The notes: generated by a model not told the origin, from the sequence alone. A DNA stretch of 64,000 bases from a virus (IMGVR_UViG_3300050336_000035:1-64000), one strand, 5' to 3'; shown: positions 42,119 through 52,816, counted from the first letter of the stretch. Numbers and translations: made by a program.

Positions 42119-43250
42119 TATAGATATTAAAAAAATAAAACCTCATCCTAGAAATAAAGAAATTTATGGTGAGGAAAATATTAATGAACTTGCAGAACAA
42201 ATTATAAAAAGCAACTGGATAAATCCTATTCTTATTAATGATGATAATATAATTATTAGTGGACATAGACGTTATCTAGCATGTTTAATAATTGGTTTAT
42301 TAGAAATTCCTTGTGAACGTATTACATTTAAAGATAAAAACGATGAACTTGAAAGGCTTCTTCTTGAGAATCAATATAGAGAAAAAACAATCTATCAAAA
42401 AATGAAAGAATCAGAAGTTTGGCAAGAGATTGAACCAGAATTAGCTAAAAAAAGGAGATTAGCGAATTTAAAACAAAATTCCGATAAGGACAATTGTCCT
42501 ATTCGGCAAGATGGTCAAGTTCGCGATATTATTGCTGAGAAAGTAGGATTGGGTTCTGGACGTACATATGAAAGAGCAATGCCTGCTGTAAAGAAAATAG
42601 ATGAATTAAAATCACAAGGAAAAGAAAAAGATGCTGAATTTCTTACAGTTGTTTTAAATGGAAGTGTAAGAGGGGCAAAGGATTTGTCTGAAATAGAATC
42701 ATTTGATGAAATATCTAATGAGATTAAAGAAAAAGTAATTAATAAGGAAATTCCTGTGATAAATGCAGTAAAACAAATACGAAATGACTTAGGAATAATA
42801 ACTGATAATAAAAAACAAACAATAAAAAAGAATAGTGAAAAAATCAAGAAGACGAAAATTTGTAATAAATGTGGGGAAGAAAAATCAATATTAGAATTTT
42901 ATGAAGGTAAAAATTATTGTAGAGATTGTCAAAATTCTAATAGAACAAGACAGTTTAAAGATGTTCATGGTAATATTATTCCTACAGACAAAGAAAAATT
43001 AAAAGGAATAGATTTAGATGCTATAGAAGCTGATATAAAAGATACAAATAAAAGCGTTAAAAATAATGATTATGACACTATTACTATGGAAATACAAGCA
43101 AATATAAGTATTTTTATGAACTCAATAAGAAGAATTGTAGAAAGTGAAGATTCTTATGAGGAAATGGATATCTGTAATAAAAATAAGTTATTAGATGCTA
43201 TTAATATGGTGGAAGACACTATTAATATAATAAAAAATAAATTAATTTAA
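42108..43250 (+). CDS. ParB/Srx N-terminal domain protein with HTH and Zn finger
   Basis: PHPRN..IYG...IISGHRRY...EN; IAEKVGLGSGRTYER; CNKC...CRDC. Confidence 0.82.
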   Translation: MSFNIDIKKIKPHPRNKEIYGEENINELAEQIIKSNWINPILINDDNIIISGHRRYLACLIIGLLEIPCERITFKDKNDELERLLLENQYREKTIYQKMKESEVWQEIEPELAKKRRLANLKQNSDKDNCPIRQDGQVRDIIAEKVGLGSGRTYERAMPAVKKIDELKSQGKEKDAEFLTVVLNGSVRGAKDLSEIESFDEISNEIKEKVINKEIPVINAVKQIRNDLGIITDNKKQTIKKNSEKIKKTKICNKCGEEKSILEFYEGKNYCRDCQNSNRTRQFKDVHGNIIPTDKEKLKGIDLDAIEADIKDTNKSVKNNDYDTITMEIQANISIFMNSIRRIVESEDSYEEMDICNKNKLLDAINMVEDTINIIKNKLI

Positions 43251-43265
43251 AAGGAGATTACAATT

Positions 43266-44084
43266 ATGACAATGAGTAGTAATGTAGTAAAATTTAATGA
43301 AATGAATTTAGGAACAACAGTACAGGTTCAACCGATTTCAACAAAGAATTTAACTTCTGGTGCAAAGTATCAAAGAACAATAGACCATAAAAAGGTTGAG
43401 AAGATAGTGAGTACTTATGACCCTCATAAGGTTGGAGTTATTAAAGTAAGTTATAGAGACGATAATTACTGGGTATATGACGGTCAGCACAGATTAATGG
43501 CACTCAAGACAATAAATCATGGTAAAGATTGTATGGTACTATGTGAAGTACATTATGGGCTTACATATGAGGACGAGGCAAGATTATTTGCTGAACAATA
43601 TGATGGTGCTACAAAAGTAGATATAGTCTATCAAATGGGAGCATTACTAGAAGCAAAAGATGAGGACGTTGTTAAAATAAAAGATATTGTTGAATCTACT
43701 GGATTGCAAATACCGTTTACCAAGTCTAAAGGAAATGACAAAATAGTTGCTGTTAGTAAAATAAGAACTATTTATAAAGATTTACAAGAAGACGGATTAA
43801 GAAGAATATTAACTCTTATTAAACAAACATGGAATGGAACATCTTCATCACTTGATAAGTACGTATTAGGTGGTATGCATCAATTCTTAAAGACTTATAA
43901 GACAGAAATAAGTGACATTACATTTATAAAGAATCTAAGTAAGATTGAACCACTTATGATTAAAAGAGTGGGAGATAGTGATATGAGTGCAAAGGGAGAT
44001 TTAAAATATGCAAAAGTAATTCTTGATTATTATAATAAGGGGTTAACATCAAAAAGTAGACTAGAATATAACTTTAAAGGCTAA
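43266..44084 (+). CDS. DUF6551-like ParB-fold (DGQHR) protein
   Basis: YQR...V.KIV...VSYR...VYDGQHRL...GLTYEDEARLF. Confidence 0.78.
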   Translation: MTMSSNVVKFNEMNLGTTVQVQPISTKNLTSGAKYQRTIDHKKVEKIVSTYDPHKVGVIKVSYRDDNYWVYDGQHRLMALKTINHGKDCMVLCEVHYGLTYEDEARLFAEQYDGATKVDIVYQMGALLEAKDEDVVKIKDIVESTGLQIPFTKSKGNDKIVAVSKIRTIYKDLQEDGLRRILTLIKQTWNGTSSSLDKYVLGGMHQFLKTYKTEISDITFIKNLSKIEPLMIKRVGDSDMSAKGDLKYAKVILDYYNKGLTSKSRLEYNFKG

Positions 44085-44100
44085 TACATATTTTATTTAA

Positions 44101-44132
44101 AAGAGAACTTGCATATATCAAGTTCTCTTTTT
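44101..44132 (+). terminator. Intrinsic terminator
   Basis: AAGAGAACTTG/CAAGTTCTCTT stem plus T-tract. Confidence 0.8.
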
Positions 44133-44225
44133 GTTATAAATATAATTTTTAATGTTGACTTTATACATTTAATTTGTTATACTATATTTAAAGAAATTAA
44201 TATTACATATTGAAAGGGTGATTTT

Positions 44226-44579
44226 ATGACAGGTGGGATTGTAGCAATACGAAATATAGAAAACAACAAAGTACATATTGGTAGAACATGTAGCTTAATA
44301 AATACAAGAAACAATTTTGAAAGACATGTAAGAGGATTAAAATATCCTCCTAATCAAGATATTAGAGAAGATTGGAATAAATATGGTAGTAAGAAATTTA
44401 TACTTGAGATTGTAGAAGTTATAGAAGATTATACTTCTTCAAAAGGTGAAAGCAGAAAGAAATATTGGATAAGTAAGATTAATCCTGATATGCTATATAA
44501 CATTAAAGGTGTAATATATAGTGAATCAGAAGTTAATCTTCCACAATTCAATTTTGATGAAAGCATATATGCTTATTAA
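44226..44579 (+). CDS. Divergent GIY-YIG-like protein
   Basis: GGIVAIRN..NNKVHIG...DWNKYG...F..EIVE; GIY/YIG motifs degenerate. Confidence 0.6.
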   Translation: MTGGIVAIRNIENNKVHIGRTCSLINTRNNFERHVRGLKYPPNQDIREDWNKYGSKKFILEIVEVIEDYTSSKGESRKKYWISKINPDMLYNIKGVIYSESEVNLPQFNFDESIYAY

Positions 44580-45068
44580 TATAATTATATGATAGAACGA
44601 GTATTTTAATTAGTATTTTGTTATTAAAATAATTTATAATAACTATTGCATATTAGATTATTATTTGGTATAATATAGTAAAGAGATGAAAGGTGGTACA
44701 TAAATATGAAACTTTGCAAATTGTGTAGTAAAGATATAAGTGAAAGACATCATTCAGCAAAATATTGTGTAGAATGTGCTATAAAGAAGAATTTAGAAGA
44801 TACATATAATAGAAATTGTAAAGACTGTAAAACCAGATATTGTAAATAGAATTATGTTATGAAAGAACAGATTTATTCAAATATTTCTATTTGATTTGTG
44901 GTATCTCTAATTATTTAGGCTTAACCATAAGCATATAAATCAATGCTTAATGCTATTATAAATTCTTAATATAATGATTGTCAACTATTTGCTGAAATTT
45001 TTACCATCTTTAATAAAAGTACATAATACAGTATAATAGAAGCAATTAATTAGAGAGGTGGTAAATTA

Positions 45069-45269
45069 ATGGCAGTTAAAAATAGATTAAAAGAAATTAT
45101 AGATGAGCGAGGTATAAAGCAAGTCTGGCTTGCTGAACAAGTAGGTATATCATATAAAACACTATCTAATATAATAGGTGGAAGATATAACACTAGTTTA
45201 GATGTAGCATTAAAAATAGCAGATGTTTTAAACGTAAAGGTCGATGATATTTTTTATTTAGAAAAATAA
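45069..45269 (+). CDS. XRE/Cro-family HTH regulator
   Basis: NRLKEIIDERGIKQVWLAEQVGIS...SLDVALKIADVLNVKVDDIF. Confidence 0.9.
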   Translation: MAVKNRLKEIIDERGIKQVWLAEQVGISYKTLSNIIGGRYNTSLDVALKIADVLNVKVDDIFYLEK

Positions 45270-45304
45270 TGCTTAAATTTAGATATTATTTTTCATAAAA
45301 ACTC

Positions 45305-45352
45305 TTGACATGCAAGATAATTTCCTTTATACTTAAATTACAGGTTGCAACC
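45305..45352 (+). promoter_or_regulatory. sigmaA promoter with GGTTGCAACC palindrome near +1
   Basis: TTGACA-17-TATACT; palindrome at 45343-45352. Confidence 0.7.
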
Positions 45353-45381
45353 AAGTAGTTTAGTGTAAAGGAGAATTACAT

Positions 45382-45789
45382 ATGTATGATGAGTTACTAG
45401 AACAATTGAAAGTATTAGATAAATTTAATAAAGGCAAAGTATCAATCACCTTAAACTTTGGTAATTCCTGTATAACCTACACTTATATGAATTTCAGTTG
45501 GGATGAAGATGCAGGATACTTAGTCATGGGAGATAATGACACAATTCACGAAGATGCTACTAGTATAGATTTTGATGATATTTTAGAAGTTGATGAGATG
45601 AATGATGATTTAGTTGAATTGACACTGGAGAATGGAAAAGTAGTTATTATATTAGATACCGAATATTCACTATGCTTTAAATGCGGAGAAAAAAGACCTG
45701 TGTTCTATATGAGGGCTTATGGTGAAAATTCAGAAGAATATGATATAAGAGTATGTCAGGATTGTTTTAATAAGATGATTGAATGTTAA
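45382..45789 (+). CDS. Hypothetical protein with C-terminal Zn finger
   Basis: CFKC...CQDC; first gene of the TnpB-like transcript. Confidence 0.7.
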   Translation: MYDELLEQLKVLDKFNKGKVSITLNFGNSCITYTYMNFSWDEDAGYLVMGDNDTIHEDATSIDFDDILEVDEMNDDLVELTLENGKVVIILDTEYSLCFKCGEKRPVFYMRAYGENSEEYDIRVCQDCFNKMIEC

Positions 45790-45814
45790 ATATGAACGGA
45801 AAGGAGGAGTAATT

Positions 45815-47215
45815 ATGACTGTTGAAATGAGAACTATTAAATTTTATTCTAATAATAAGACAACTAAAGAAGATTTTGATAAAGGTATTAAATTTTTAAC
45901 TGAATGCCAGGAAGTTCAAAATAAGTTATTGGAATATTATTGGAACAATTTCAGTTTAGTAATTGATTCTAAAAGTTGGATTGATTTCTATAACACAAGA
46001 GTTATGATTACTGCTCCTTCTATTAAGTTTCAACACTATCAACAAATACTTCATATGGTTTATGGTACACTTAAATCTTTACAGGAGAATATTATTCAGA
46101 AAATTCACTTTAAATTTGAAGATAAATTACAACAACGTATTTATAACTATTGTAGTAAGTTTATTTTTGATTGGAATAGGCTTGAAATATATGTTAATAA
46201 ACAAGTTAAAGAGTATAAAAAGAAAGATAAGAAATACTATGAGTTTTTATTAGAAGTTAAAAACGTAATAGATAATGAACAATCTTTTTTGATGTTACAG
46301 CAGGATATAGAAAATAAGTTTTCGGAAATTAAAAATAAAATAAATTTACCACAAAAGAAAACTAAACAGATAATTGCAACTACTCTTCATACAATAGACA
46401 TTGAAAAATATGATAATTATTGGATATTTATAATTGATACTAATCATTTTATAAGTAAAAAGAAAATGGATAAATTCAAAATAGTAATTGATATATCAGA
46501 TTATCATAGAAATGTACTTGACAAATATTGTTTAAAGAATACTTTTACTATAAAACTAAATAATTATGGCAGGATTGAAATTACAGGAGCGTACGAAAAA
46601 GAAATAGATTATCCAGAATCTAACCCTAAATATATTATTGGAATTGATATAGGCTTAAAGAATTTAATTGTATCGTCTGATGGTGAATTTATTGAACAAA
46701 ATAAAACTATTGTAGAGAAAACTCAAAAGCTAATTAAAAATCAAGCTAATAGACAAAGCTTAGAAGCTCATATGAAAAAGAAACTTGATGATGAAAATTT
46801 TACTTTACCTGATAAAAACTATATGAAGAAACAAAATAAGCTTAGTAGATTCGTACAATGTGATAATCGTTACAAGGTTAAACAATTTCTAAAAGGTAGG
46901 GAAGACACTCATATCATTATGGAAGATTTACATTTAAATGATGCTAAGACATATAGCAAAGAAGTAAATTATATGCTGAGAAGAATGAGGATACAAGGCA
47001 TTAAGAATGATTTATTGAAGTACACAAAAGAGATGGGGATTAAAACAACACAAATAAATCCTAGATATACAAGTATTGATTGTCCAATTTGCGGAAATAG
47101 GGATAAATTAAATAGGCAGACACAGGAAACATTCAAATGCACTAAATGTGGTCATACAGATAATGCAGACCATAATGCTAGTGTGAATATTGAAAATAGG
47201 TATTTAAAGGTATAA
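45815..47215 (+). CDS. tnpB: TnpB/Cas12f-like RuvC nuclease (466 aa), no TnpA
   Basis: Start after AAAGGAGG; RuvC GIDIG, MEDL, NADHNA; CPIC/CTKC Zn ribbon. Confidence 0.85.
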   Translation: MTVEMRTIKFYSNNKTTKEDFDKGIKFLTECQEVQNKLLEYYWNNFSLVIDSKSWIDFYNTRVMITAPSIKFQHYQQILHMVYGTLKSLQENIIQKIHFKFEDKLQQRIYNYCSKFIFDWNRLEIYVNKQVKEYKKKDKKYYEFLLEVKNVIDNEQSFLMLQQDIENKFSEIKNKINLPQKKTKQIIATTLHTIDIEKYDNYWIFIIDTNHFISKKKMDKFKIVIDISDYHRNVLDKYCLKNTFTIKLNNYGRIEITGAYEKEIDYPESNPKYIIGIDIGLKNLIVSSDGEFIEQNKTIVEKTQKLIKNQANRQSLEAHMKKKLDDENFTLPDKNYMKKQNKLSRFVQCDNRYKVKQFLKGREDTHIIMEDLHLNDAKTYSKEVNYMLRRMRIQGIKNDLLKYTKEMGIKTTQINPRYTSIDCPICGNRDKLNRQTQETFKCTKCGHTDNADHNASVNIENRYLKV

Positions 47216-47856
47216 AATATATAAAAAGGCTTTGATTTAATGCCTGTGGTTAAGCGTACTTTAGTACAGATACCATTAATTGCTTTAAAAAGTGAATGAA
47301 TCAGTAGTTTTATTTCGTTAAAATAGTTAAAAGCAACCCATTGTGGTTGCAAAACACAATAGCAACCAAATATTATTGCGGAGGTGAATAATAATGAATA
47401 TCAATGAAAATAACTTGAAAAACTATGTTGGATTTTCTGATGAGCAATGGAAAGAAGCGAGACCTTTAATAATAGGTATAGCTAACAAATCAAATAAAAA
47501 TTATAGTGAAATATTAAAGATATTATTAGAAATTGCAAAAGCAATTAAAGGCGAAGAGATGTAAAAAGTTATTGATATTAATATAATAGTATGTTATAAT
47601 TGTATTATAAAATAAATTGAAAGAAGGTATTACATATGAAGGACGTTAAAAGTAGTTCATTAAAACCATTAGAAATTTGCGAATATGCTAGTACTTGTGA
47701 ACATACATGTAATGGTAAGAATGAACAGAGGGATTGTACCTTTAGTTGTGGATTAAGACGAGGTTTATTAATGTGTGACGGTTATGATATTAAATTTGGA
47801 TTACAATAGAAGAAAGGATTTATTCACTAATAAAATAAATTGGGAGGTACATAATA

Positions 47857-48420
47857 ATGTGTAAATTTAATAAGGCTTGGATAGGAATTTGTAATAAAGA
47901 AAATATAATTGGTGAAGAATATTGTGAAGAACATTTACAAATCAAATGTTCGGTTTGCGGAGAACAAGCTACACATGATTGCCATGAAACTAATCAGTTT
48001 GTATGTGGAACTCCTTTATGTGATAAACTTGATTGTAAGCTTATTCATTTTTATCAAAGTCATGGTTATGCTTTTGGAGAACTTGTTGAGTTAGAAAAAG
48101 AATTAAATATAACTCCATTTAAAATAATAGTTTCAAAAATTAATTATGGTATCGGAAAATTTGCAGAATGGTGCAATGAAAATTATAGAGACAGGTTAGA
48201 AGTTTTACTAATGACATATGATAAAAACAATAATGTAAAATTTTATAATGCTCAACATAGATATTATATTAAATTCAAAGAAGAAATTATCAAACTTTTT
48301 GAATATTCTTGGTATGAAGAAATAATAAAAGAAAAAGGTATTTATTATTCTGAAAACCCAATTTATATTCAGAATAAATATTTAACAGATATTATTGATA
48401 CTTTTGAAAAAGTATTATAA
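47857..48420 (+). CDS. Cys-rich hypothetical protein
   Basis: Between sites 47806 and 48427. Confidence 0.7.
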   Translation: MCKFNKAWIGICNKENIIGEEYCEEHLQIKCSVCGEQATHDCHETNQFVCGTPLCDKLDCKLIHFYQSHGYAFGELVELEKELNITPFKIIVSKINYGIGKFAEWCNENYRDRLEVLLMTYDKNNNVKFYNAQHRYYIKFKEEIIKLFEYSWYEEIIKEKGIYYSENPIYIQNKYLTDIIDTFEKVL

Positions 48421-48465
48421 TACACAATGAAAGATAGATTTGGTAACGAAAGGAGAATAAAATAA

Positions 48466-48903
48466 ATGTATACAGGATTTGAGCAGGATTTAATTCTTGC
48501 CTGTAAATGTCATTATGGTTCAAAAGGAATAGAAAAGGTTATTAGAGATTATATAGGATATGGTGAAAATCAAGAAATAAAACTAGATTCTAAATATCAT
48601 TTTATATCCGAGTTATTTTTGAAATTGTGTAATAATGGTCATCTAAAGTATATATATTTATTAGATAGATTATCACCTAGAAATATATATGACCAAAAAC
48701 ATATGGAATTCCCTTTAAGTAAAGTCAATTATAATTTATATGATTTACCTAGAATAGTATGTGACCATATGATTGGAGAAATTCAAGGAGTAAGAGTTAA
48801 GGATGGCAATAAAGTATTAATAGAATTGCATGAAAATAATAAAAAATACATTGAGGAAGAAAAGGATGAGAAAAATGAAATTTCTAAAGAAGTTATTTTG
48901 TAA
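48466..48903 (+). CDS. Hypothetical protein
   Basis: AAGGAG RBS after site. Confidence 0.7.
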   Translation: MYTGFEQDLILACKCHYGSKGIEKVIRDYIGYGENQEIKLDSKYHFISELFLKLCNNGHLKYIYLLDRLSPRNIYDQKHMEFPLSKVNYNLYDLPRIVCDHMIGEIQGVRVKDGNKVLIELHENNKKYIEEEKDEKNEISKEVIL

Positions 48904-49211
48904 ACATCAATATAAATACATGGGATTTTTAAATTATGAGGAAGGTACATTTCATACATTTTATTGTAAGAATTGTAACTATTTAAAATTAAGGAAAACA
49001 TTATAGAAACGATATTTTATCATGTTTGGAGGATAAGGAATGTTAGCTACTGAAGGAATTAAAATTGAAGGAAATAAAGTTATTATTAAGGACGAATTAA
49101 CTAAAACAGCTTATAGAGTTGATTTTGATTACTTGGTGGATATTATTCGTACTAAGGTTGCTAAAAATAAATTAGAGCCAACTATAGAAAAACAGAAAGG
49201 AATTCAATGGT

Positions 49212-49397
49212 ATGATTAATATGGATTTCGTAAAAAATGCAAATAAAGCAATTTGCATTGATAATACTGATACTCAATATTTAACATTAAATAAAAAGTA
49301 TTATGTACAAGAAACTTGTAATGGTAATTGCTTAACATATAATGATGAAGGAGTATTACATAATTATTGCATTGATAGATTTAAATTATTAGCTTAA
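49212..49397 (+). CDS. Hypothetical protein
   Basis: Stop codon overlaps site 49394. Confidence 0.6.
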   Translation: MINMDFVKNANKAICIDNTDTQYLTLNKKYYVQETCNGNCLTYNDEGVLHNYCIDRFKLLA

Positions 49398-49439
49398 AAT
49401 GGTTATTTGGTATTAATATAATTATAGGAGGAAAATAAC

Positions 49440-50123
49440 ATGTTACATGAAATTTATAATTCTGAAGAGGCTATCAAAAACTACATAAAAGATTTAACAA
49501 CATTACATGAAGTTTGCGACTTCAGACATGATAGAGGTTATCATAAAAATGAAAGAATGAAGGATGTGAAAGTTCTTGATGGTTTTATTTGGCTTGATAC
49601 ATGTGGGAATGCAATGGTGAAAATTAGTAAAGATGCTTATTCTCCAATTTGTTTGCCAAATAAGGATGATATTTGTCCTGTATGCGGAAAAGGATGGAGC
49701 ATATATACCATAGAAGATTATATAACAACATATGACTATAGTAATGAAAAAAGACAGTTTTATCATAAACAATGTAACTTCATAAATAATCTCAATATAG
49801 AGCAAAAACAATTTACAGAAATATTTGATATGGTATATCCAAAGGATTATTATTTAAAAATCACACCAAATGAATATTGTCAATGCAGTAAGTGTGCTCC
49901 ATGGTTTATTTTTACTGTACCTCATGGAGATATAAAAATAGGATGGAGAAAAAGAGTTATAAATATTGAATGGTTAAACAATTATAAACAGTTCTCAGAA
50001 AATTTTGAATCTGAAGATGTTACAAGGGGTTTTGGGAAATGGGGAGATGATAGATATATTCATGCTTGGGGAATAGAAAAGGCTATTGAATATATTAGTA
50101 AAGCAAAGGAATCTATTATATAA
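49440..50123 (+). CDS. Hypothetical protein
   Basis: PNEYC...PWF...GDIKIGWRKRVINIEW phage family pattern. Confidence 0.75.
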   Translation: MLHEIYNSEEAIKNYIKDLTTLHEVCDFRHDRGYHKNERMKDVKVLDGFIWLDTCGNAMVKISKDAYSPICLPNKDDICPVCGKGWSIYTIEDYITTYDYSNEKRQFYHKQCNFINNLNIEQKQFTEIFDMVYPKDYYLKITPNEYCQCSKCAPWFIFTVPHGDIKIGWRKRVINIEWLNNYKQFSENFESEDVTRGFGKWGDDRYIHAWGIEKAIEYISKAKESII

Positions 50124-50171
50124 TAGTGTTATGAAATGTGAAATTTATGAACAATTGGGAGGTATAGAATT

Positions 50172-50441
50172 ATGTTAGTTACTAATAATATAAAAGTTGG
50201 AGACAAAATGTATTTTAAAACAAGTAGAAATATAGGAACAATAAAAAATATTGAAATAGGAGAATGGGAGTCTCCTCATGGTTCATGTAGCATAATAGAA
50301 TATATTAAAAATTTTGAAGTAGATATAGATGGCAAAATCTTTAATATTAATCCAGATGATAGAGATATAATGTTTAAAAAAGATTTGGAATATGAAATAT
50401 CTAAACTTGAAAAATATAAAAAGATACTTGAAAAAATGTGA
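50172..50441 (+). CDS. Hypothetical protein
   Basis: Between sites 50131 and 50441. Confidence 0.65.
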   Translation: MLVTNNIKVGDKMYFKTSRNIGTIKNIEIGEWESPHGSCSIIEYIKNFEVDIDGKIFNINPDDRDIMFKKDLEYEISKLEKYKKILEKM

Positions 50442-50520
50442 CAAAAGACGGAATTTATCATGAAATTTACAAAGGTTTATGATATACTATTTCTATCTCA
50501 ATTATCAAGGAGTTAGTCCT

Positions 50521-50763
50521 ATGCCAAAATGTCAATTTTGCGGTAAGCAAATTAATTGGATAAAAACTAATACAGGTAAGTCAACTCCTGTGGAATTAGA
50601 GCCTATTAATGTTGTTGAAAATAAAAATGGTGATACTGTTATAGTTACTGATAAAGGACAAGTCATTAGAGGTAATATTGTTGGTGACGCTAATGAAGAA
50701 GGATATTATATAGGCTATGAAAGTCATATAGTTAAATCACCTTATTGTAAGAAACCTGATTAA
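50521..50763 (+). CDS. Zn-ribbon hypothetical protein
   Basis: Start moved to MPKC; CxxCG..I.W..T..GK..P. Confidence 0.65.
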   Translation: MPKCQFCGKQINWIKTNTGKSTPVELEPINVVENKNGDTVIVTDKGQVIRGNIVGDANEEGYYIGYESHIVKSPYCKKPD

Positions 50764-50877
50764 TGATTTTTAATTAAATAATTAAATACAAAAATAATTT
50801 ATTTTATATATTGACATACTTATTATAAGGTGCTATACTATAGATGTGGTAAGAAATTACAGATTGGAGTGTTAAAT

Positions 50878-51120
50878 ATGACTTATGATGAAGTTGAAAA
50901 GACAATTAATATCCTTAGAAATAAAGGAATGTTAATAGATATTAATCTTCCAATTAAAACATTAAAGTTGATAGCAGAAGCATATGATATTGGGATTGAA
51001 AGTATTAAAAAAGGAAATGATGGATATATTGATTTCGGTGGCGTAATTGGTATCAAACCAATTAAAATAGTTAATAAAAATGATAAATTTGGATATGTTG
51101 AAGTTAAAATAGAAGAGTGA
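50878..51120 (+). CDS. Hypothetical protein
   Basis: Start moved to MTYD. Confidence 0.6.
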   Translation: MTYDEVEKTINILRNKGMLIDINLPIKTLKLIAEAYDIGIESIKKGNDGYIDFGGVIGIKPIKIVNKNDKFGYVEVKIEE

Positions 51121-51509
51121 ATTTATTAACAAAATATGTGAGGTTTATTATGGATAATGAAATTAATATATATGATATAAAAGATTCTGCTGTATTTAAA
51201 TATAGACAACATGCAATCAAAAATGCAAATATTGATATTGACACTTTACAACGAAAATTAACAGCATTGATATTAAACGCCCAATTTAAAAAACAACTTA
51301 CAACTACTAGATGGTTATATAGATTTGGAGCATTCCAAATGTATACCAATGAAGATATTTTTGAAATAGAAGACATAAGTTGGATTGATGATACTCATGA
51401 AGGTTATCGTATAACAAATGAAATGCAAGCTAATTTACGGAATACATATATTCAATTAGGATTAAATAGTAAAGGAACAAGTATGTACGAAAATGTTATA
51501 AATAAGTAA
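51117..51509 (+). CDS. Hypothetical protein
   Basis: Coupled ORF. Confidence 0.6.
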   Translation: MNLLTKYVRFIMDNEINIYDIKDSAVFKYRQHAIKNANIDIDTLQRKLTALILNAQFKKQLTTTRWLYRFGAFQMYTNEDIFEIEDISWIDDTHEGYRITNEMQANLRNTYIQLGLNSKGTSMYENVINK

Positions 51510-51537
51510 ATCTATCACAAGTTCGAGGTGATTAAGT

Positions 51538-51741
51538 ATGAAAAAATACAAAACTATTACAATAGAAAAATATAATTGGTCTGGTTCTGAAATTCTCATA
51601 GTAGATTTTCAAACTAAAGAAGAAAAGGTATTAAAGGATACAGATTTAAAATCAGTTATAAATGATTTAAATCAAGATGGTTACGTTTTATGTGGTATTA
51701 ATGGTAGAGAATATTATATGACTAAAGAAATTAGCGGATAG
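51538..51741 (+). CDS. Hypothetical protein
   Basis: GAGGTG RBS; stop codon inside site 51738. Confidence 0.6.
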   Translation: MKKYKTITIEKYNWSGSEILIVDFQTKEEKVLKDTDLKSVINDLNQDGYVLCGINGREYYMTKEISG

Positions 51742-51786
51742 AAGTGCAGTTTGGTCACAAAGTATAATTATTTGGAGGATAATATT

Positions 51787-51936
51787 ATGAAGTATAAAAT
51801 TTGGGATAAAGTTAATAAAGAATATCTTGATTTAACTAAATATTGCGTCAATGGTTTTGGAAATGTAATAACTACAAATGGACTAGTAATGATTAATCAG
51901 AACGATTTTGAAATTCAAGTTGATTTAAGAAGTTGA
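51787..51936 (+). CDS. YopX-like small protein
   Basis: MKYKIWDKVNKEY start resembles the YopX N-terminus. Confidence 0.45.
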   Translation: MKYKIWDKVNKEYLDLTKYCVNGFGNVITTNGLVMINQNDFEIQVDLRS

Positions 51937-51974
51937 TACCAATCGAAGATTTTGTCATGAGATAGGAGTTATAT

Positions 51975-52268
51975 ATGGATAATAATTTTATGAACCAATA
52001 TTCAATATATCGTCCAGATTATAAACCTTGGAGTTTAGTTTATATCTATAATGATGGAAGAAAAGTTGCTCAATATAGGGCAAGTTTAGAAGATATTGAA
52101 GAAGGTAAAAAGGCAAGACCATATGGAATACAGAAAATTAAAGTAAGAAAACCATGGGAATGTGAGGTTTGTGAAAAGCAAATTCAAAAAGGTGAAGAAG
52201 CAATTGTATTTACAGGTAGATATGAGTATAAAACTTATGCTCATGTAAATTGCATTAATTTTTATTAA
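51975..52268 (+). CDS. Hypothetical protein, Zn ribbon
   Basis: RKPWECEVCEKQIQKGE...HVNC. Confidence 0.65.
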   Translation: MDNNFMNQYSIYRPDYKPWSLVYIYNDGRKVAQYRASLEDIEEGKKARPYGIQKIKVRKPWECEVCEKQIQKGEEAIVFTGRYEYKTYAHVNCINFY

Positions 52269-52306
52269 GATAAAACTTTGATTTTATTTAACTATAGAGG
52301 AAAAAT

Positions 52307-52756
52307 ATGAAACCTGAAAAATGTTTAGAAGATGGTTGTAATAGTAAATCAGGTATGAAAGGTTATTGTGACAAACATTACATTAGACTTACAACTATAA
52401 TTAATAATCTTACTGATAGTGAAGTGGAATTAAAAAACAAATTAATTCATAAGCTTAATATACTTGATGAAATGTATCCTAAAAAAGAAAAGAAACCAAT
52501 ACTACATAATATAAGAGAAAAATATTCTGCATTTTGTTGTGTAGATGGATGTAATAGACCCCATCATTCAAAAGGATATTGCGAAAGACATTCAAGGCAA
52601 ATTGAAAAATATGGGAGATTAACTCCTGAACTTGAAAGTAAAACATTAAGACCATTGAAATTATGCAGTGTAGAAGGTTGTAATAATATACATTTAGCAA
52701 AAGGTTATTGCAATAAGCACTATATAGAATTTAGGAGATATGGGAAAATATTATAA
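52307..52756 (+). CDS. Protein with three C-x3-GC-x6-KG-x-C-x2-H Zn-finger repeats
   Basis: CLEDGC..KGYCDKH, CVDGC..KGYCERH, CSVEGC..KGYCNKH. Confidence 0.7.
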   Translation: MKPEKCLEDGCNSKSGMKGYCDKHYIRLTTIINNLTDSEVELKNKLIHKLNILDEMYPKKEKKPILHNIREKYSAFCCVDGCNRPHHSKGYCERHSRQIEKYGRLTPELESKTLRPLKLCSVEGCNNIHLAKGYCNKHYIEFRRYGKIL

Positions 52757-52816
52757 ATTACTCATTTTATAGGGTATAATCAGTCTAATGTGTACCAAAT
52801 GAAAGGAAATGATATT

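Noticed and set aside
44103-44127. LexA box
   Set aside because: GAAC...GTTC spacing is far longer than 4; it is a terminator stem.
47216-47380. Canonical CRISPR array for the Cas12f-like gene
   Set aside because: Only 6-bp half-motifs recur; no repeats of 25 bp or more.
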